A DNA stretch of 64,000 nt, taken from positions 1 to 64,000 of IMG/VR virus record IMGVR_UViG_3300023184_000037. One strand, written 5' to 3'. This document shows, piece by piece, positions 27,599 to 38,185 of this stretch. The position numbers and the translations under genes are program-made. Under the pieces are notes generated by a model. The model did no database searches. It saw only the letters and a program-made list of their open reading frames with translations, and was not told the origin of the DNA. Source of the DNA: a virus. Within the stretch, counting starts at the first letter, position 1, and every line of letters begins with the position of its first letter.

Positions 27599-28178
27599 AC
27601 ATAAACTTTTTTCAAAGGGTGAATATATCAATGTTCTAATAACTAATAATAGATACAGTAATATTGTTTTCCCGGTTAAAGCAATAATCCACGATATTGA
27701 GTTTAACGATAAAATGCCGAGGTACCAAATTAGAATTGTTAAGTTTTATGATGACATAGACTTTCTTAAAAGATATATGTTTGATATGAAATTTGACCGA
27801 TCATTCGACGGTGGACATACAATCTTTAGAATTTCTAGAGCAAATGTACCGAACGTAAAAGAACTTCAGAACTATATTGATTCAAAATGGGAAACTTTCT
27901 TAATGGTTGTCGACTCAGTAATGTGTGTTAGAACCTATGATGAACTTAATGAGCTACAGAACAACATCCAAGATTTCTTAGTTGAAAAGTCTATTAGAGA
28001 CCTTTATGAACTTACAACCCGTTCGACCTATTCTAAGGGTAAATATTACTATGAAAGTCGAGGAGTATTTGAGGCTCATATTAAAAAGTTCTTAGATAAA
28101 AGAGCAGGAACTCAAAAGGATTATTTTGATAAATTACTTTATAGACCACTTTCTGTTGACTATGATAATTTAGAATAG
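27591..28178 (+). CDS. hypothetical protein
   Basis: 195 aa, overlapping operon packing. Confidence 0.75.
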   Translation: MIRHKLFSKGEYINVLITNNRYSNIVFPVKAIIHDIEFNDKMPRYQIRIVKFYDDIDFLKRYMFDMKFDRSFDGGHTIFRISRANVPNVKELQNYIDSKWETFLMVVDSVMCVRTYDELNELQNNIQDFLVEKSIRDLYELTTRSTYSKGKYYYESRGVFEAHIKKFLDKRAGTQKDYFDKLLYRPLSVDYDNLE

Positions 28179-28221
28179 CCTGTTTCTGTGATATATACTT
28201 AAACAAATATATTTAATAGGA

Positions 28222-30069
28222 ATGGCTGAAGAAAAGGGCTTTTTTGATAAAGTAAAAGAAAAGGCTGGATCGGCATTTAAAACTACTAAAGATTCCGCAA
28301 TAGGAAAAGGTTTTATTAGCGCCGTTAAAAATGTATCTGGATTAGACCTTGAAAATTTAGATGGGTCAAATCCCGATGGTGTGCATTCCGGTTCAAAAGG
28401 AAAAAAGAAACCGGTTGGAAAGAACAAAAAAACAGCAGACCAAACCCAGGCCAGAGCTGCCGCAACCGATACCCCTTTTACAATATTAGGAGCTGAACCT
28501 GGAAAGTCTAAATACTATAGTGATATTGTCGATTCTGAAATTTATAAGTCGACTCAAGCAGGAACTAAAGACAAAAAGATTACAGTCGGTCCAAGACCGT
28601 ATTCTGCTTTTAATAAATATTCTCTAATTAATTATAGAGGGAATCCACTAGATTCTACTAAAGATGGATTTGTATCTGACGTTAAAGGAAATACAGTTTA
28701 TCAAAAAATAAATATTAAAGACCTTCAAAATCCGACAGTTACTCAAATTATAGAAAGAACCTCAGCTCTTACTGATAATTATGCATATAGATACCAATAT
28801 TCAGATTTTGCTTTAGCGAAATACTACGGCAAAATACCAAACAATATGCTTATTACTCTTCGTAGGTTTTCATACCCTGCTGCTGATGATATTGTAACTC
28901 CACAAGCACTTTCTGCAGATGGAAAAACAATGGAAAAAATTCAGCAACCAGATATTGCTAGAGCCGTAACTTGGCTTGGCGAGGCTCCTGGAAACGTATT
29001 GGGAGAAATAGTAAAATTTTCGAATGGATATTCATGGAAAGATGCAGAATCAACAGTACAAACTTTAAATTCTCAGCAAGGAGCTTCATCCGGAAAATTT
29101 GGTAGTATTGTTGAAGGAAATAAAGTACTTTCCGCAATGGCTAACGCTGGTTCTGGTAGAGATGCAGTTGCTGCTAATGCAAATAAACAAAATGCAGGAT
29201 TTGACTCATTTAGTGCTACATATCCGAACCACGTTTTTGGTCCGATGAATGTTATTAAACAAGTATTAGTTAGAGAACAGGGTCTTAATTTTGAGCAAGA
29301 ATTTAAAATTAAGTTTGAATATGAACTTAGAGCATTTGAAGGAGCCAATCCTAAAATCATGATGCTTGACCAACTTGCAAATATATTGGCATTAACTTAT
29401 AACAATGCTCCTTTCTGGGGAGGTTCTGTTAGATATATTGGAGATGGATCAGTTGCTAAACCTCTAGGTAATTTAAGTAAGCTTCGAGAAGGAGATTATC
29501 TTGGATTTGCCGGAAGTATTGTTGATGATATGGGTAAAATGTTTAAAGGTGCTGGTGCTGGATTTAGTGGAGCAGCTGGAGCATTAATGAATGGAGATGT
29601 TGGAGGCGCATTAGGAGCTCTTAAAGATAATAAGTTCTTAAATAATCTTATTGGTGGAATGGCAATGGACATGTTCAATACTCCACAAGGAGGACAAGCA
29701 GCCGCTTCATTACTTACTGGAGATCCGACAGGAAACTGGCATTTAACAGTAGGAAATCCTCTTAATCCAATAATGGTAATTGGTAACCTATGTATGACCA
29801 ATTGCGAAATTACATTTGAAGGTGGTATGGGAATTCAAGATTTTCCTGAACATATGACTGCAGTTATAACGTTAAAACCAGGTCGACCAAGAGATAAAGC
29901 AGAAATTGAATCAATGTTTAACTCGGGAAGAGGACGTTTTTACGTTCAACCAGATGATGTTGCAGATATTAACAAAACTGTTGATGTTAATGAGTATGGA
30001 AATAAAGACAGAGCGGGTGCTGGTAAAAACACCTTTGTAAATAACTTTAGAAAATTAAGTAACGGATAA
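28222..30069 (+). CDS. putative baseplate/tail-tube-initiator structural protein
   Basis: First gene of the baseplate cluster; C-terminal WHLTVGNP...IGNL...DFPE..TAVITLK suggests a tube-like fold. Confidence 0.5.
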   Translation: MAEEKGFFDKVKEKAGSAFKTTKDSAIGKGFISAVKNVSGLDLENLDGSNPDGVHSGSKGKKKPVGKNKKTADQTQARAAATDTPFTILGAEPGKSKYYSDIVDSEIYKSTQAGTKDKKITVGPRPYSAFNKYSLINYRGNPLDSTKDGFVSDVKGNTVYQKINIKDLQNPTVTQIIERTSALTDNYAYRYQYSDFALAKYYGKIPNNMLITLRRFSYPAADDIVTPQALSADGKTMEKIQQPDIARAVTWLGEAPGNVLGEIVKFSNGYSWKDAESTVQTLNSQQGASSGKFGSIVEGNKVLSAMANAGSGRDAVAANANKQNAGFDSFSATYPNHVFGPMNVIKQVLVREQGLNFEQEFKIKFEYELRAFEGANPKIMMLDQLANILALTYNNAPFWGGSVRYIGDGSVAKPLGNLSKLREGDYLGFAGSIVDDMGKMFKGAGAGFSGAAGALMNGDVGGALGALKDNKFLNNLIGGMAMDMFNTPQGGQAAASLLTGDPTGNWHLTVGNPLNPIMVIGNLCMTNCEITFEGGMGIQDFPEHMTAVITLKPGRPRDKAEIESMFNSGRGRFYVQPDDVADINKTVDVNEYGNKDRAGAGKNTFVNNFRKLSNG

Positions 30070-30560
30070 TGCAGTTTGATACACTAAATAAAAAGAAATT
30101 AGTAGATGGTAGATATAAATTTACCAAACCTACCCTTATATTTATAGAAACTAATGAGACTATAGATGAACATACCGTTACCGAGGATCAGGTTGGTAGA
30201 ATTGATTTAATTTCATTACTATATTATAGAAATGCAAACTACTGCGATTACATATTAAAATGGAATGGTATTTCAAATCCATTTTCTATAAAATTAGGAG
30301 ATGTTTTAAAGATTCCAAACCACAGACAGGCTACCAAGGTTATTAAAGAAATCAAAATCCTAAGTTCAACAAATGAACCTTCGATTAGGGACCAATTTAT
30401 AGATACTAAAAGACTTCCAGTTAAAGACGCGAAAAGAATTGAATATCTACAAAGAAAAGCGGCACAAAAACCAAATGGAGCAAAACAAATACTACCTCCA
30501 AATATCTTAAAAGAGGGAGACACTAATATTAAAATCGGAAACGGACAAATTAGAATTTAA
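30069..30560 (+). CDS. baseplate wedge protein, T4 gp53/LysM-like
   Basis: GRIDLISLLYY...ILKWNGISNPFSIKLGDVLKIP. Confidence 0.75.
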   Translation: MQFDTLNKKKLVDGRYKFTKPTLIFIETNETIDEHTVTEDQVGRIDLISLLYYRNANYCDYILKWNGISNPFSIKLGDVLKIPNHRQATKVIKEIKILSSTNEPSIRDQFIDTKRLPVKDAKRIEYLQRKAAQKPNGAKQILPPNILKEGDTNIKIGNGQIRI

Positions 30561-32677
30561 TGGCATCAATTAACAATCATATTCTTACAATAACAGAACC
30601 CACTATTAAATTAGATGAGGTAGTTTTTGAATCATTCGGTGAGGGAGAGAAAGATGCAACCAAGGCCGAAACTAGTAAGGGTTATTTAATCATGATTTCT
30701 ATTAATGGATATGTTTTTAGCGACAAAGACGTTTTAAATATGACATTGGATTGTAATGGTCCCCTTCCTACTATAGACCTTACGCTTTCTGATAATCAGG
30801 GACTATTTACAATTGATACTTTTCCTAGAGATGGGGATGTTATAAATTTTAGAATGGGTACTCTTGAAAAAACTTCATATAAAGATATTCGAATAGATTT
30901 TGATATTACAAGTGCAGACCAACCTAAACAAAACTCAAATGTTAAAGGAGGAAAGTATAGCTTTTCAGGAAGGATTAAAGTTCCAGGACTATATGCTGAT
31001 GAATGCAAGTCTTATGGTAAAGGTACTTCACTAGAACATCTTGAAGCGATTGCTAATGATTTAAAACTTGGAGTTGCAACCAACATTGATTCGGCTGATG
31101 ATGCATGCACCCTGATTCTACCTTATAATAGTAGATTTGATACATTGGAAGATTTGGTAAAACACTCGTATATTGACGAGGAAAGCTTTCAGGCTTATTG
31201 TATTGACCAATTCTATTATATAAATTATGTAAACTTAAACACTTTATTAGAGTCAGAAGAATCTATCGAAGAGCTTGTTGCTGGATATGACAGAGAATTA
31301 AATGACGTTCCTGGAAACGGGTCTGAGGATGCGGCAAATCAAACTAAAAAACCACTAATACTAACTAATCATAAAAGGGATGCGGGTACTAACCTATTTA
31401 TAGAGGCACAGTCCTTAGCAAATAGCACCGGAGAAAAGGCAAAAAAGAATGGTTATAAAAGAACTCTTCAATTTTTTGAAAATGATTCAGATGAGGGACT
31501 AGTGAGCCATGAAATTGAGCCACTTGCAAGTAAAAAAATGTCAGATATCGAAGAACCTATGAAGGGTCGAAGAGATGAAGATCGATATAAAGGTGAAACC
31601 AAGACTAAATACACTGGTAGAAAAAACGCTGATCCTGAAACATCGCATACCCACTTAAATTACGAATACGCTGCAATAAGTAATGCACAAAACCTGGATG
31701 AGGTTAAAAAAATGTCGCTTGAAGTTTCATTGGCATCTTTTAATCCTGCAATCCATTTGTATCAAAAATTACCGATTGCAATTTATACAAACCAACAAGA
31801 AAAATTAGGTGCAGATAAAGTTATTAAAACTGCTAAAAAAGAAAAGGGATTTGATACTACAGTAGAAGATGATAAATCAACCGTAGATCCTGGAGAATAT
31901 GTACTTGATGAATTCCTATCAGCATACTATGTTGTTGGAGGAATTGAATATACATTTAAAACAGGTTACCCTTCAGTTAAACAAAAATTAAAATTGTTAC
32001 GAAGAGAATGGCCAAGTAGAATTAATAATATTAATCCAGAGACTGTTGCACCTCAACCAACGCCTGCAGCACCTCCTGCAACTCCTCCAGCCCCAGAACC
32101 GGTTCCACCACCACCGGCTCCAGAACCACCAGCAAAACCAGAGTACACTGTTAGCGGTAAAATAGAAAGTAAAATCAAAAATTGGACGGCAAGCGTGGTT
32201 CAAGGAGAATGGAAGGTTACACCAGAAGGTTCTCCAGCCCCTAGCAAAATCAATATTGAATTTAAAGACACAAAAACTAGTGCAATGAATTTACAGCCTG
32301 CTCAAGTTGCAGCAGACGGTAAATGGACTCTAAATATTGCAAAAGAACAAATACCAGTTGGAAAATATAGTGTGACTGCAAAACTAGAAGCCCCTGGTGG
32401 AGAAACAGCAGAAGGTACTTTAGGAAATACTTCAGTTGTTAAATGGACGCCAGATAGCGTTATAAGCGGACCTGATGTTATTAGACTTGGAAATGTATAC
32501 TTTAGAAATGAAGTTAAAAATGGAAAAGAACCGGATACTTTTGTTGGAACATATACTCAAAAAGGAGAAGCAACTGATAATGGAAATACATCTCCAATGT
32601 CTGGAAAAGTAGAAGGAACTAGCTCACAAAAAGTAATTTCAGACACTCAAGCAGCTATGAGGTCAGAAATGTCGTAA
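30560..32677 (+). CDS. putative baseplate hub protein with Pro-rich linker and C-terminal Ig-like extension
   Basis: Position between the gp53-like and gp5-like genes; PAPEP linker; DGKWTL...GKYSVTA. Confidence 0.55.
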   Translation: MASINNHILTITEPTIKLDEVVFESFGEGEKDATKAETSKGYLIMISINGYVFSDKDVLNMTLDCNGPLPTIDLTLSDNQGLFTIDTFPRDGDVINFRMGTLEKTSYKDIRIDFDITSADQPKQNSNVKGGKYSFSGRIKVPGLYADECKSYGKGTSLEHLEAIANDLKLGVATNIDSADDACTLILPYNSRFDTLEDLVKHSYIDEESFQAYCIDQFYYINYVNLNTLLESEESIEELVAGYDRELNDVPGNGSEDAANQTKKPLILTNHKRDAGTNLFIEAQSLANSTGEKAKKNGYKRTLQFFENDSDEGLVSHEIEPLASKKMSDIEEPMKGRRDEDRYKGETKTKYTGRKNADPETSHTHLNYEYAAISNAQNLDEVKKMSLEVSLASFNPAIHLYQKLPIAIYTNQQEKLGADKVIKTAKKEKGFDTTVEDDKSTVDPGEYVLDEFLSAYYVVGGIEYTFKTGYPSVKQKLKLLRREWPSRINNINPETVAPQPTPAAPPATPPAPEPVPPPPAPEPPAKPEYTVSGKIESKIKNWTASVVQGEWKVTPEGSPAPSKINIEFKDTKTSAMNLQPAQVAADGKWTLNIAKEQIPVGKYSVTAKLEAPGGETAEGTLGNTSVVKWTPDSVISGPDVIRLGNVYFRNEVKNGKEPDTFVGTYTQKGEATDNGNTSPMSGKVEGTSSQKVISDTQAAMRSEMS

Positions 32678-32700
32678 TAAATAAAAATAATATATAATAC

Positions 32701-33906
32701 ATGTCAGATTTTAAAACAACAATGGATTTTAGAAAGGGTTCCTATAGGAAATATCCTTACCAAGATCCGACGTATCTTTCTTTCGCGATATTATTTGATT
32801 TTTATGATATAGAAAGTTCACCACTTCTTGCTGGAGGGGCAGAAACTTTCCTAAAAGGATTAGCAGATCAAGACGCTTTTTATGCAGATCGACTTAATGA
32901 CTTACAGAATTTTATAAAAACACTAGGTGAAATTAACAAAGAATTGCCGTGGTTTTGGCAAAGTTTTAAAGGACTTGAGAGATTACAGCAGTACAATCCT
33001 GAAAATGCATATATGGGTGGTGATGATGCCAAGTTTGAAATTGAAACCCTAGAATCTTTAAATCTTACAATCTCAGGTTTAATGCACTTATATAGAAGAG
33101 CAATATTTGATGAGAGAAAATGGACTTATATAATTCCCGCTAATTTAAGAAAATTTAGAATGTGGGTATATGTTACCGAAATTCGATCGATTGCAATTAT
33201 AGAAAATATAAAGGTAAATGGTATTCCTAAAAAACTGGATAAAAGTACAATAACTGGATTCCCAGATAATGTTAAACCTAAAATTGACGTAGAAAATAAA
33301 AACGCAGGTATCTCTGGTACCGAAGGACGTCCTTACTTTTTAATAGGAGCAAAATACTGTGAGTTTGACTTAGCGTCAGGAACAACTATTTTTGCGGATC
33401 TTAATAAGAACCCGGAAATGGCAAAAGAGGCTCTTACTATAAAATATGAAAAACTTGAAAAGGTAGAGGCAAGAGTATTGAATGGAATAGTTAAACAAAG
33501 TTATGCAGAGGGACAATTGTCGCCATCTCCTGACCAAGAAATTTTTGCATCACAAAACAAAACACCTCTTGAATTTGCTAAAGATAAAATCAAAGGTAAA
33601 ATTGATAAAATAAAGGATAGCGCAGTTCAAGACCTTAAGGCACTTGCTGATAAAAAGAAAGCAGAACTACTTCAAAGACTAAAAGACGAAACAATTAATA
33701 GAATTCCTAAATTTGAAAATGTATTTTCAAATGTTGTAAGAAAGGCAGATCAAGCCTCTACAGCGGCATTAAATGACGCGTTAGCAGGTAGAAATATAGG
33801 TGCTGCTATCCAAGCAAATGTATATGGGATCCTACCTGGTACTACAATAGGACAGGGACTTAATAGAGCCGCAATTAATAACTTAGGTAACGTTTATAAT
33901 AAATAA
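32701..33906 (+). CDS. putative tail-tube-like baseplate protein
   Basis: Context within the baseplate cluster; 401 aa. Confidence 0.45.
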   Translation: MSDFKTTMDFRKGSYRKYPYQDPTYLSFAILFDFYDIESSPLLAGGAETFLKGLADQDAFYADRLNDLQNFIKTLGEINKELPWFWQSFKGLERLQQYNPENAYMGGDDAKFEIETLESLNLTISGLMHLYRRAIFDERKWTYIIPANLRKFRMWVYVTEIRSIAIIENIKVNGIPKKLDKSTITGFPDNVKPKIDVENKNAGISGTEGRPYFLIGAKYCEFDLASGTTIFADLNKNPEMAKEALTIKYEKLEKVEARVLNGIVKQSYAEGQLSPSPDQEIFASQNKTPLEFAKDKIKGKIDKIKDSAVQDLKALADKKKAELLQRLKDETINRIPKFENVFSNVVRKADQASTAALNDALAGRNIGAAIQANVYGILPGTTIGQGLNRAAINNLGNVYNK

Positions 33907-34625
33907 TGGCAACAGATACCGAATTAGAAAAGGATAATATTAGAGAAACTCACTGGATTGGTGAGGTTGTTGACAATGCGGATCCTAAAGACTGGGGAAG
34001 ATGTAGAGTTAAAGTATTTGGGAAGTTTGATAAACTACCCAATGATGCAATTCCATGGGCAACTCCAATGAATAGAGACTTTGCAGGTGCACACCATACT
34101 CCAAATGTTGGAACAATTGTTGCAGTTCGTTTTGACAATGGAAATCTTTATCACCCTGAATATTGGTTTCAAATCAATCAAAGTAAAGCACTTAAAGCTG
34201 ACATTCTTGAAAAATCAGGTGCAGCGCATAATGTAGTTTCATTAGTATATGATGAAGTAAGAAATGTTAGAATCTATCACTCACCTGAAGATGGATTGGT
34301 AATTACCCGAGGAACTGGAGCTAAAGAAAGACCATTAATTCAAATTGATGAGAAGGGATATATTAAAATTTCGACTAGTGAAAAAATATTCCTTGATTCT
34401 GGAAATGTATTCTTAAGTAACACTGGAGAGGGAAGTGAAAATGAAGATGAACCTACAGTACGTGGAGTCTCTCTAGAAAAATGGTTAAATAAATTATTGG
34501 ATGATTATAAAGCCCATATTCACCCAACACCAACTGGACCGTCAGGTCCGCCTTCGCCACCGACTCCTTCGACAGTTTCAAGTCTTAAGAGTTCACATAT
34601 CACATATCAGCAAAGGAATAAATAA
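33906..34625 (+). CDS. baseplate central spike, gp5/VgrG-like (OB fold, no lysozyme domain)
   Basis: GEVVDNADP...GRCRVKV...IPWA; V.V.FDNG; C-terminal HIH apex motif. Confidence 0.85.
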   Translation: MATDTELEKDNIRETHWIGEVVDNADPKDWGRCRVKVFGKFDKLPNDAIPWATPMNRDFAGAHHTPNVGTIVAVRFDNGNLYHPEYWFQINQSKALKADILEKSGAAHNVVSLVYDEVRNVRIYHSPEDGLVITRGTGAKERPLIQIDEKGYIKISTSEKIFLDSGNVFLSNTGEGSENEDEPTVRGVSLEKWLNKLLDDYKAHIHPTPTGPSGPPSPPTPSTVSSLKSSHITYQQRNK

Positions 34626-34656
34626 TTGGGATAAATATCCTATAAATTAACTCAAT

Positions 34657-36930
34657 ATGCCTGCACAGTGGCCGATATTTATTAACAACCTTTCTCAAAA
34701 ACTGGCCAGTAGAACTTCTAAAGGGCCGGACGATATTGGTATGTTTGTTGCTAATGAATATTTTAATGCAGTTAAAACTTCACAAACTCCATTTGGAAAT
34801 ATACACAAATCTGGACAGAAAGCAATACTTGAAACTGGATTTAAAAAGGCATTCAATATGCTATTCAAATCTCTTGAACCTCAACTAGAAGATAAATTTG
34901 GAAATCCACCATACGATGATATGTTTGAAAATTTACCTGGTGTAGATTTAAGCGTAAATCCAGACTGTGACTTCCAAGAGTGGACTATTAAAAACAAGGA
35001 AACTATAGACCCATTTGAATTCTATCCCCTGTTTCCTACAACATGTATAATTCCAAAGCCAATAGTCCCACCTACAAATCTATATGGAGATATCGACATA
35101 ACTTCCGAAAATGTTGACTCTCAACCAGAACTACGATATGTTACAATGACGGTTGAAGGTGGTGGTGGAACCTTTCCATACGAATTTACATATTCATTAA
35201 ATGGAGTAATACAACCAACATTGACTTCTGATAGTCAGGGAGTTGTAAAGTTTTTAGCTCCTACTGATGTTGGAAAATGGGATTACACATTTATTAGTGC
35301 AATAGACGCATCTAAAAGAGAAGAGATTAAAAATATAGATAGAAGTGCTTCGATTGAAATTAAAAAAGATCCGAAAGCAATCGATATTAAAGTTGATCCA
35401 CCAAAACCATTTCCTTTAGTAAAGCCGATGACTGAGGCTCAGCAAATTGATGAGCTAGCAAATAGAGTATACTATCAAAATGACGGAACCGAAGAATATC
35501 TTGATTGGGTTGAAAGACTTTCATACCATGGTAAATTTGCGGCTAAAGTAAGCAAAAAAGTTTTAACTCTTTTAGATACTGAAACCAATGAAATAAAAAA
35601 GTCGACTGGAATAGTTGGTATACCGCAGGCAAGTTCTGCCGGGGCTGTTGCTACTAACAACGTTAACTTCTACGATAAGATTAATCTGATTGAAAATACT
35701 ATTAAAAAGGCACAAGACAAACTTGATAAATTAAATAAAGCGGATCCTCCTCCTGTAACTAATAGATTAGGTGATGTAGTTTCAAATAATAATCAATCTA
35801 AACCTAAAGTCGACCCAATTGAAAAGGCATATGCAAAGGTTGAGCTCCTACAAGCAAAAATTTTACTAGAAAAAACGTATATAGCAGCAGCTCAAAGATC
35901 GAATAGTGGTTATATTGATACCTATAGAAATGATAGAATTGAAAGCTTAACTAAGGAACTTTCATTAGAATTACAAATAGTTAATGTTGAAATTCTTAGA
36001 AAAAATCTTAATGAAATTAAAGATGTCAATTCAATTGACTATATAATGGCTAAGATTCGTTTATATCAAAATGAATTAACAATTGCAACATATAAAAAAG
36101 ATGATAGAAAAATAGACTCCTTAAATAGGGAGTTGACGGTGCAAGCTCTTCGAGTTATTAAGCTTAAGAATAAAATTAAAAAAGAGGCGGCTACTAATGA
36201 TCGGCTATTTCAAGAGGAATATGACGACAGACCTGATATTATGCCAACATTTATAACTTCTAATTTTATTTGTATTTTTACGTACGTTAATGGAATTGAT
36301 GACAATCAAAAGAGTGCTCCGGATAAAAATCCTTTAATTGCACTTACAACATCAACATCTAGCTCTGGATATAGTAATAATACATTTGGTAGCACTTGGG
36401 GTAATTCAAAACCAGAAACGTATTCAGAATGGTCCCGAAGAACCGAACCTGGGCGTATAAGAGCAAAGGGGATTAGATATGAACTTGAAAAGGTTAGATA
36501 TAGAGAGTTAAAAATCAGGCATATCAATCAAATTGCCGAAGATAATAAAAAGGCTGGAAACCTATGTGGAGCCGATGATGCTTATTGTGTGATGTCAAAA
36601 TGTATAATTGACTATTGGAAATCTACAGCAGCCCAGCCATTTGCAAAGTCACCGCCAATATTACCTTGTTTAATACCAGATCCTGGAAGTTACATTCCAG
36701 TATATTATGGAGATGAGGCAAAACTAGGTGCAGATTTGAGAAGAGCATGGAATACAGGTAAGCGATTTAAAATGGAGCCAACCTTACAAACTGCAACAAA
36801 AGCAGTTGCGACCGCGGTTGCAGTATCATGCGCAAGGCACTTATTGGACCTTAAGTTTATATATAGTGGAAAGATTCCAGCAGGTACTGGTACCGCCCCG
36901 ATGATAGGATTTTCACCATTGGCCCTATAA
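34657..36930 (+). CDS. putative virion protein with SprB-like motif and coiled coil
   Basis: 757 aa, follows the spike gene; GGGGTFPYEFTYSLNG. Confidence 0.55.
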   Translation: MPAQWPIFINNLSQKLASRTSKGPDDIGMFVANEYFNAVKTSQTPFGNIHKSGQKAILETGFKKAFNMLFKSLEPQLEDKFGNPPYDDMFENLPGVDLSVNPDCDFQEWTIKNKETIDPFEFYPLFPTTCIIPKPIVPPTNLYGDIDITSENVDSQPELRYVTMTVEGGGGTFPYEFTYSLNGVIQPTLTSDSQGVVKFLAPTDVGKWDYTFISAIDASKREEIKNIDRSASIEIKKDPKAIDIKVDPPKPFPLVKPMTEAQQIDELANRVYYQNDGTEEYLDWVERLSYHGKFAAKVSKKVLTLLDTETNEIKKSTGIVGIPQASSAGAVATNNVNFYDKINLIENTIKKAQDKLDKLNKADPPPVTNRLGDVVSNNNQSKPKVDPIEKAYAKVELLQAKILLEKTYIAAAQRSNSGYIDTYRNDRIESLTKELSLELQIVNVEILRKNLNEIKDVNSIDYIMAKIRLYQNELTIATYKKDDRKIDSLNRELTVQALRVIKLKNKIKKEAATNDRLFQEEYDDRPDIMPTFITSNFICIFTYVNGIDDNQKSAPDKNPLIALTTSTSSSGYSNNTFGSTWGNSKPETYSEWSRRTEPGRIRAKGIRYELEKVRYRELKIRHINQIAEDNKKAGNLCGADDAYCVMSKCIIDYWKSTAAQPFAKSPPILPCLIPDPGSYIPVYYGDEAKLGADLRRAWNTGKRFKMEPTLQTATKAVATAVAVSCARHLLDLKFIYSGKIPAGTGTAPMIGFSPLAL

Positions 36931-36970
36931 AACAAATATATAATTTATTAACCTTTTAAAAATAATAACG

Positions 36971-38185
36971 ATGTCACAAGACGTTTTAACAAAACAAACA
37001 GAGAATTCTTTAAACGATATCTCTAACTTCGATTGGGATGCATACGCTGCAGATTGCCCATCTACTCTTAGAAAAATAAACCACCATGTAAAAGCTCCAG
37101 ACGGGGTTAAGGTGTATTCTAGAGAACCTTACGCCCAAGAACTTCTTAATTTAATGGAAAGTCACTGGAGCGAAAACACACAAACGCATACAATAAACGC
37201 CGGAGAAACACATACCGGTAAAGTCTACGCAGTAGACATGGAATGGGCATCTATCGATATTGGATATCGCGAGATGGTATACGTTCAATTGTCAAAAGAA
37301 TCCGCAATTTCAAGAGCGAGATTAGTTCCTGGAACTGAAATATCGGTTGAAATCACGGCAGAAAAAAGTAAAAGTACTCGAGGATTTGTATTGGGTTCTG
37401 TAGAAGCTGGTATTAAAGCCGCTACCCTAAGAGAAATCTTAGCAGCCGCTGAAACTGGAAATACTGCCTATATGGGAACTGTAACAAGTATGATTCCAGG
37501 TGGAGGTTACTTTGTTAACGTACAAGGAGTTGATTGTTTCATGCCGGGATCTCTAGCAGGTATTAATAAACTTGCAGACTTTGGTTCTGTAATTAACACT
37601 CAAATGTACGTAGTACCGATGAGTTACTCTCCTGAAAAAGGAACAGTAATTGTATCTCACCGAAAATATCTTCAAGCGCTTATTCCAAATGCAATTGAAG
37701 ACCTTAGAAATAATCCTGGAGAAACTAAAGAGGGTAACGTTACAGGTTCTACAAAATACGGAGTATTTGTTGAATTTGATGGTTGTTTAACTGGAATGAT
37801 TCATGCAAATGATTTAAACCCAGAAATGGCAAGAAAACATAAGGCTAGAGAAATTAATCCAGGCGATGTTATTGAATTTAAGATTAAAGAGATAATCAAT
37901 AATGATAAAATAACGTTGACTCAATTAGAGCATGTCGAAATTAGCGACCCATGGGCTGATGTTGCGACTAAGTATAAAAGCTTTCCAGTTGAAGTTAAAG
38001 GTACAATAAAATCTGTTAAAGATTATGGAGTATTTGTGGATGTTGGAGATGGTATTGTTGGATTACTTCATGTATCTGAACTTCCTGATAACGTTAAAGT
38101 GGATTCACTTGTTAAGAATGATAATATCACCGTTCAAATTACAAGAATGGACGTTGCAACCCGAAAAGTATTCTTAAAACTATAA
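36971..38185 (+). CDS. rpsA: ribosomal protein S1 homologue (4 S1 domains)
   Basis: Repeated S1 motifs (CFMPGS; KYGVFVEFDGCLTGMIH; DYGVFVDVGDGIVGLLHVSEL); N-terminal FDWDAY. Confidence 0.88.
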   Translation: MSQDVLTKQTENSLNDISNFDWDAYAADCPSTLRKINHHVKAPDGVKVYSREPYAQELLNLMESHWSENTQTHTINAGETHTGKVYAVDMEWASIDIGYREMVYVQLSKESAISRARLVPGTEISVEITAEKSKSTRGFVLGSVEAGIKAATLREILAAAETGNTAYMGTVTSMIPGGGYFVNVQGVDCFMPGSLAGINKLADFGSVINTQMYVVPMSYSPEKGTVIVSHRKYLQALIPNAIEDLRNNPGETKEGNVTGSTKYGVFVEFDGCLTGMIHANDLNPEMARKHKAREINPGDVIEFKIKEIINNDKITLTQLEHVEISDPWADVATKYKSFPVEVKGTIKSVKDYGVFVDVGDGIVGLLHVSELPDNVKVDSLVKNDNITVQITRMDVATRKVFLKL

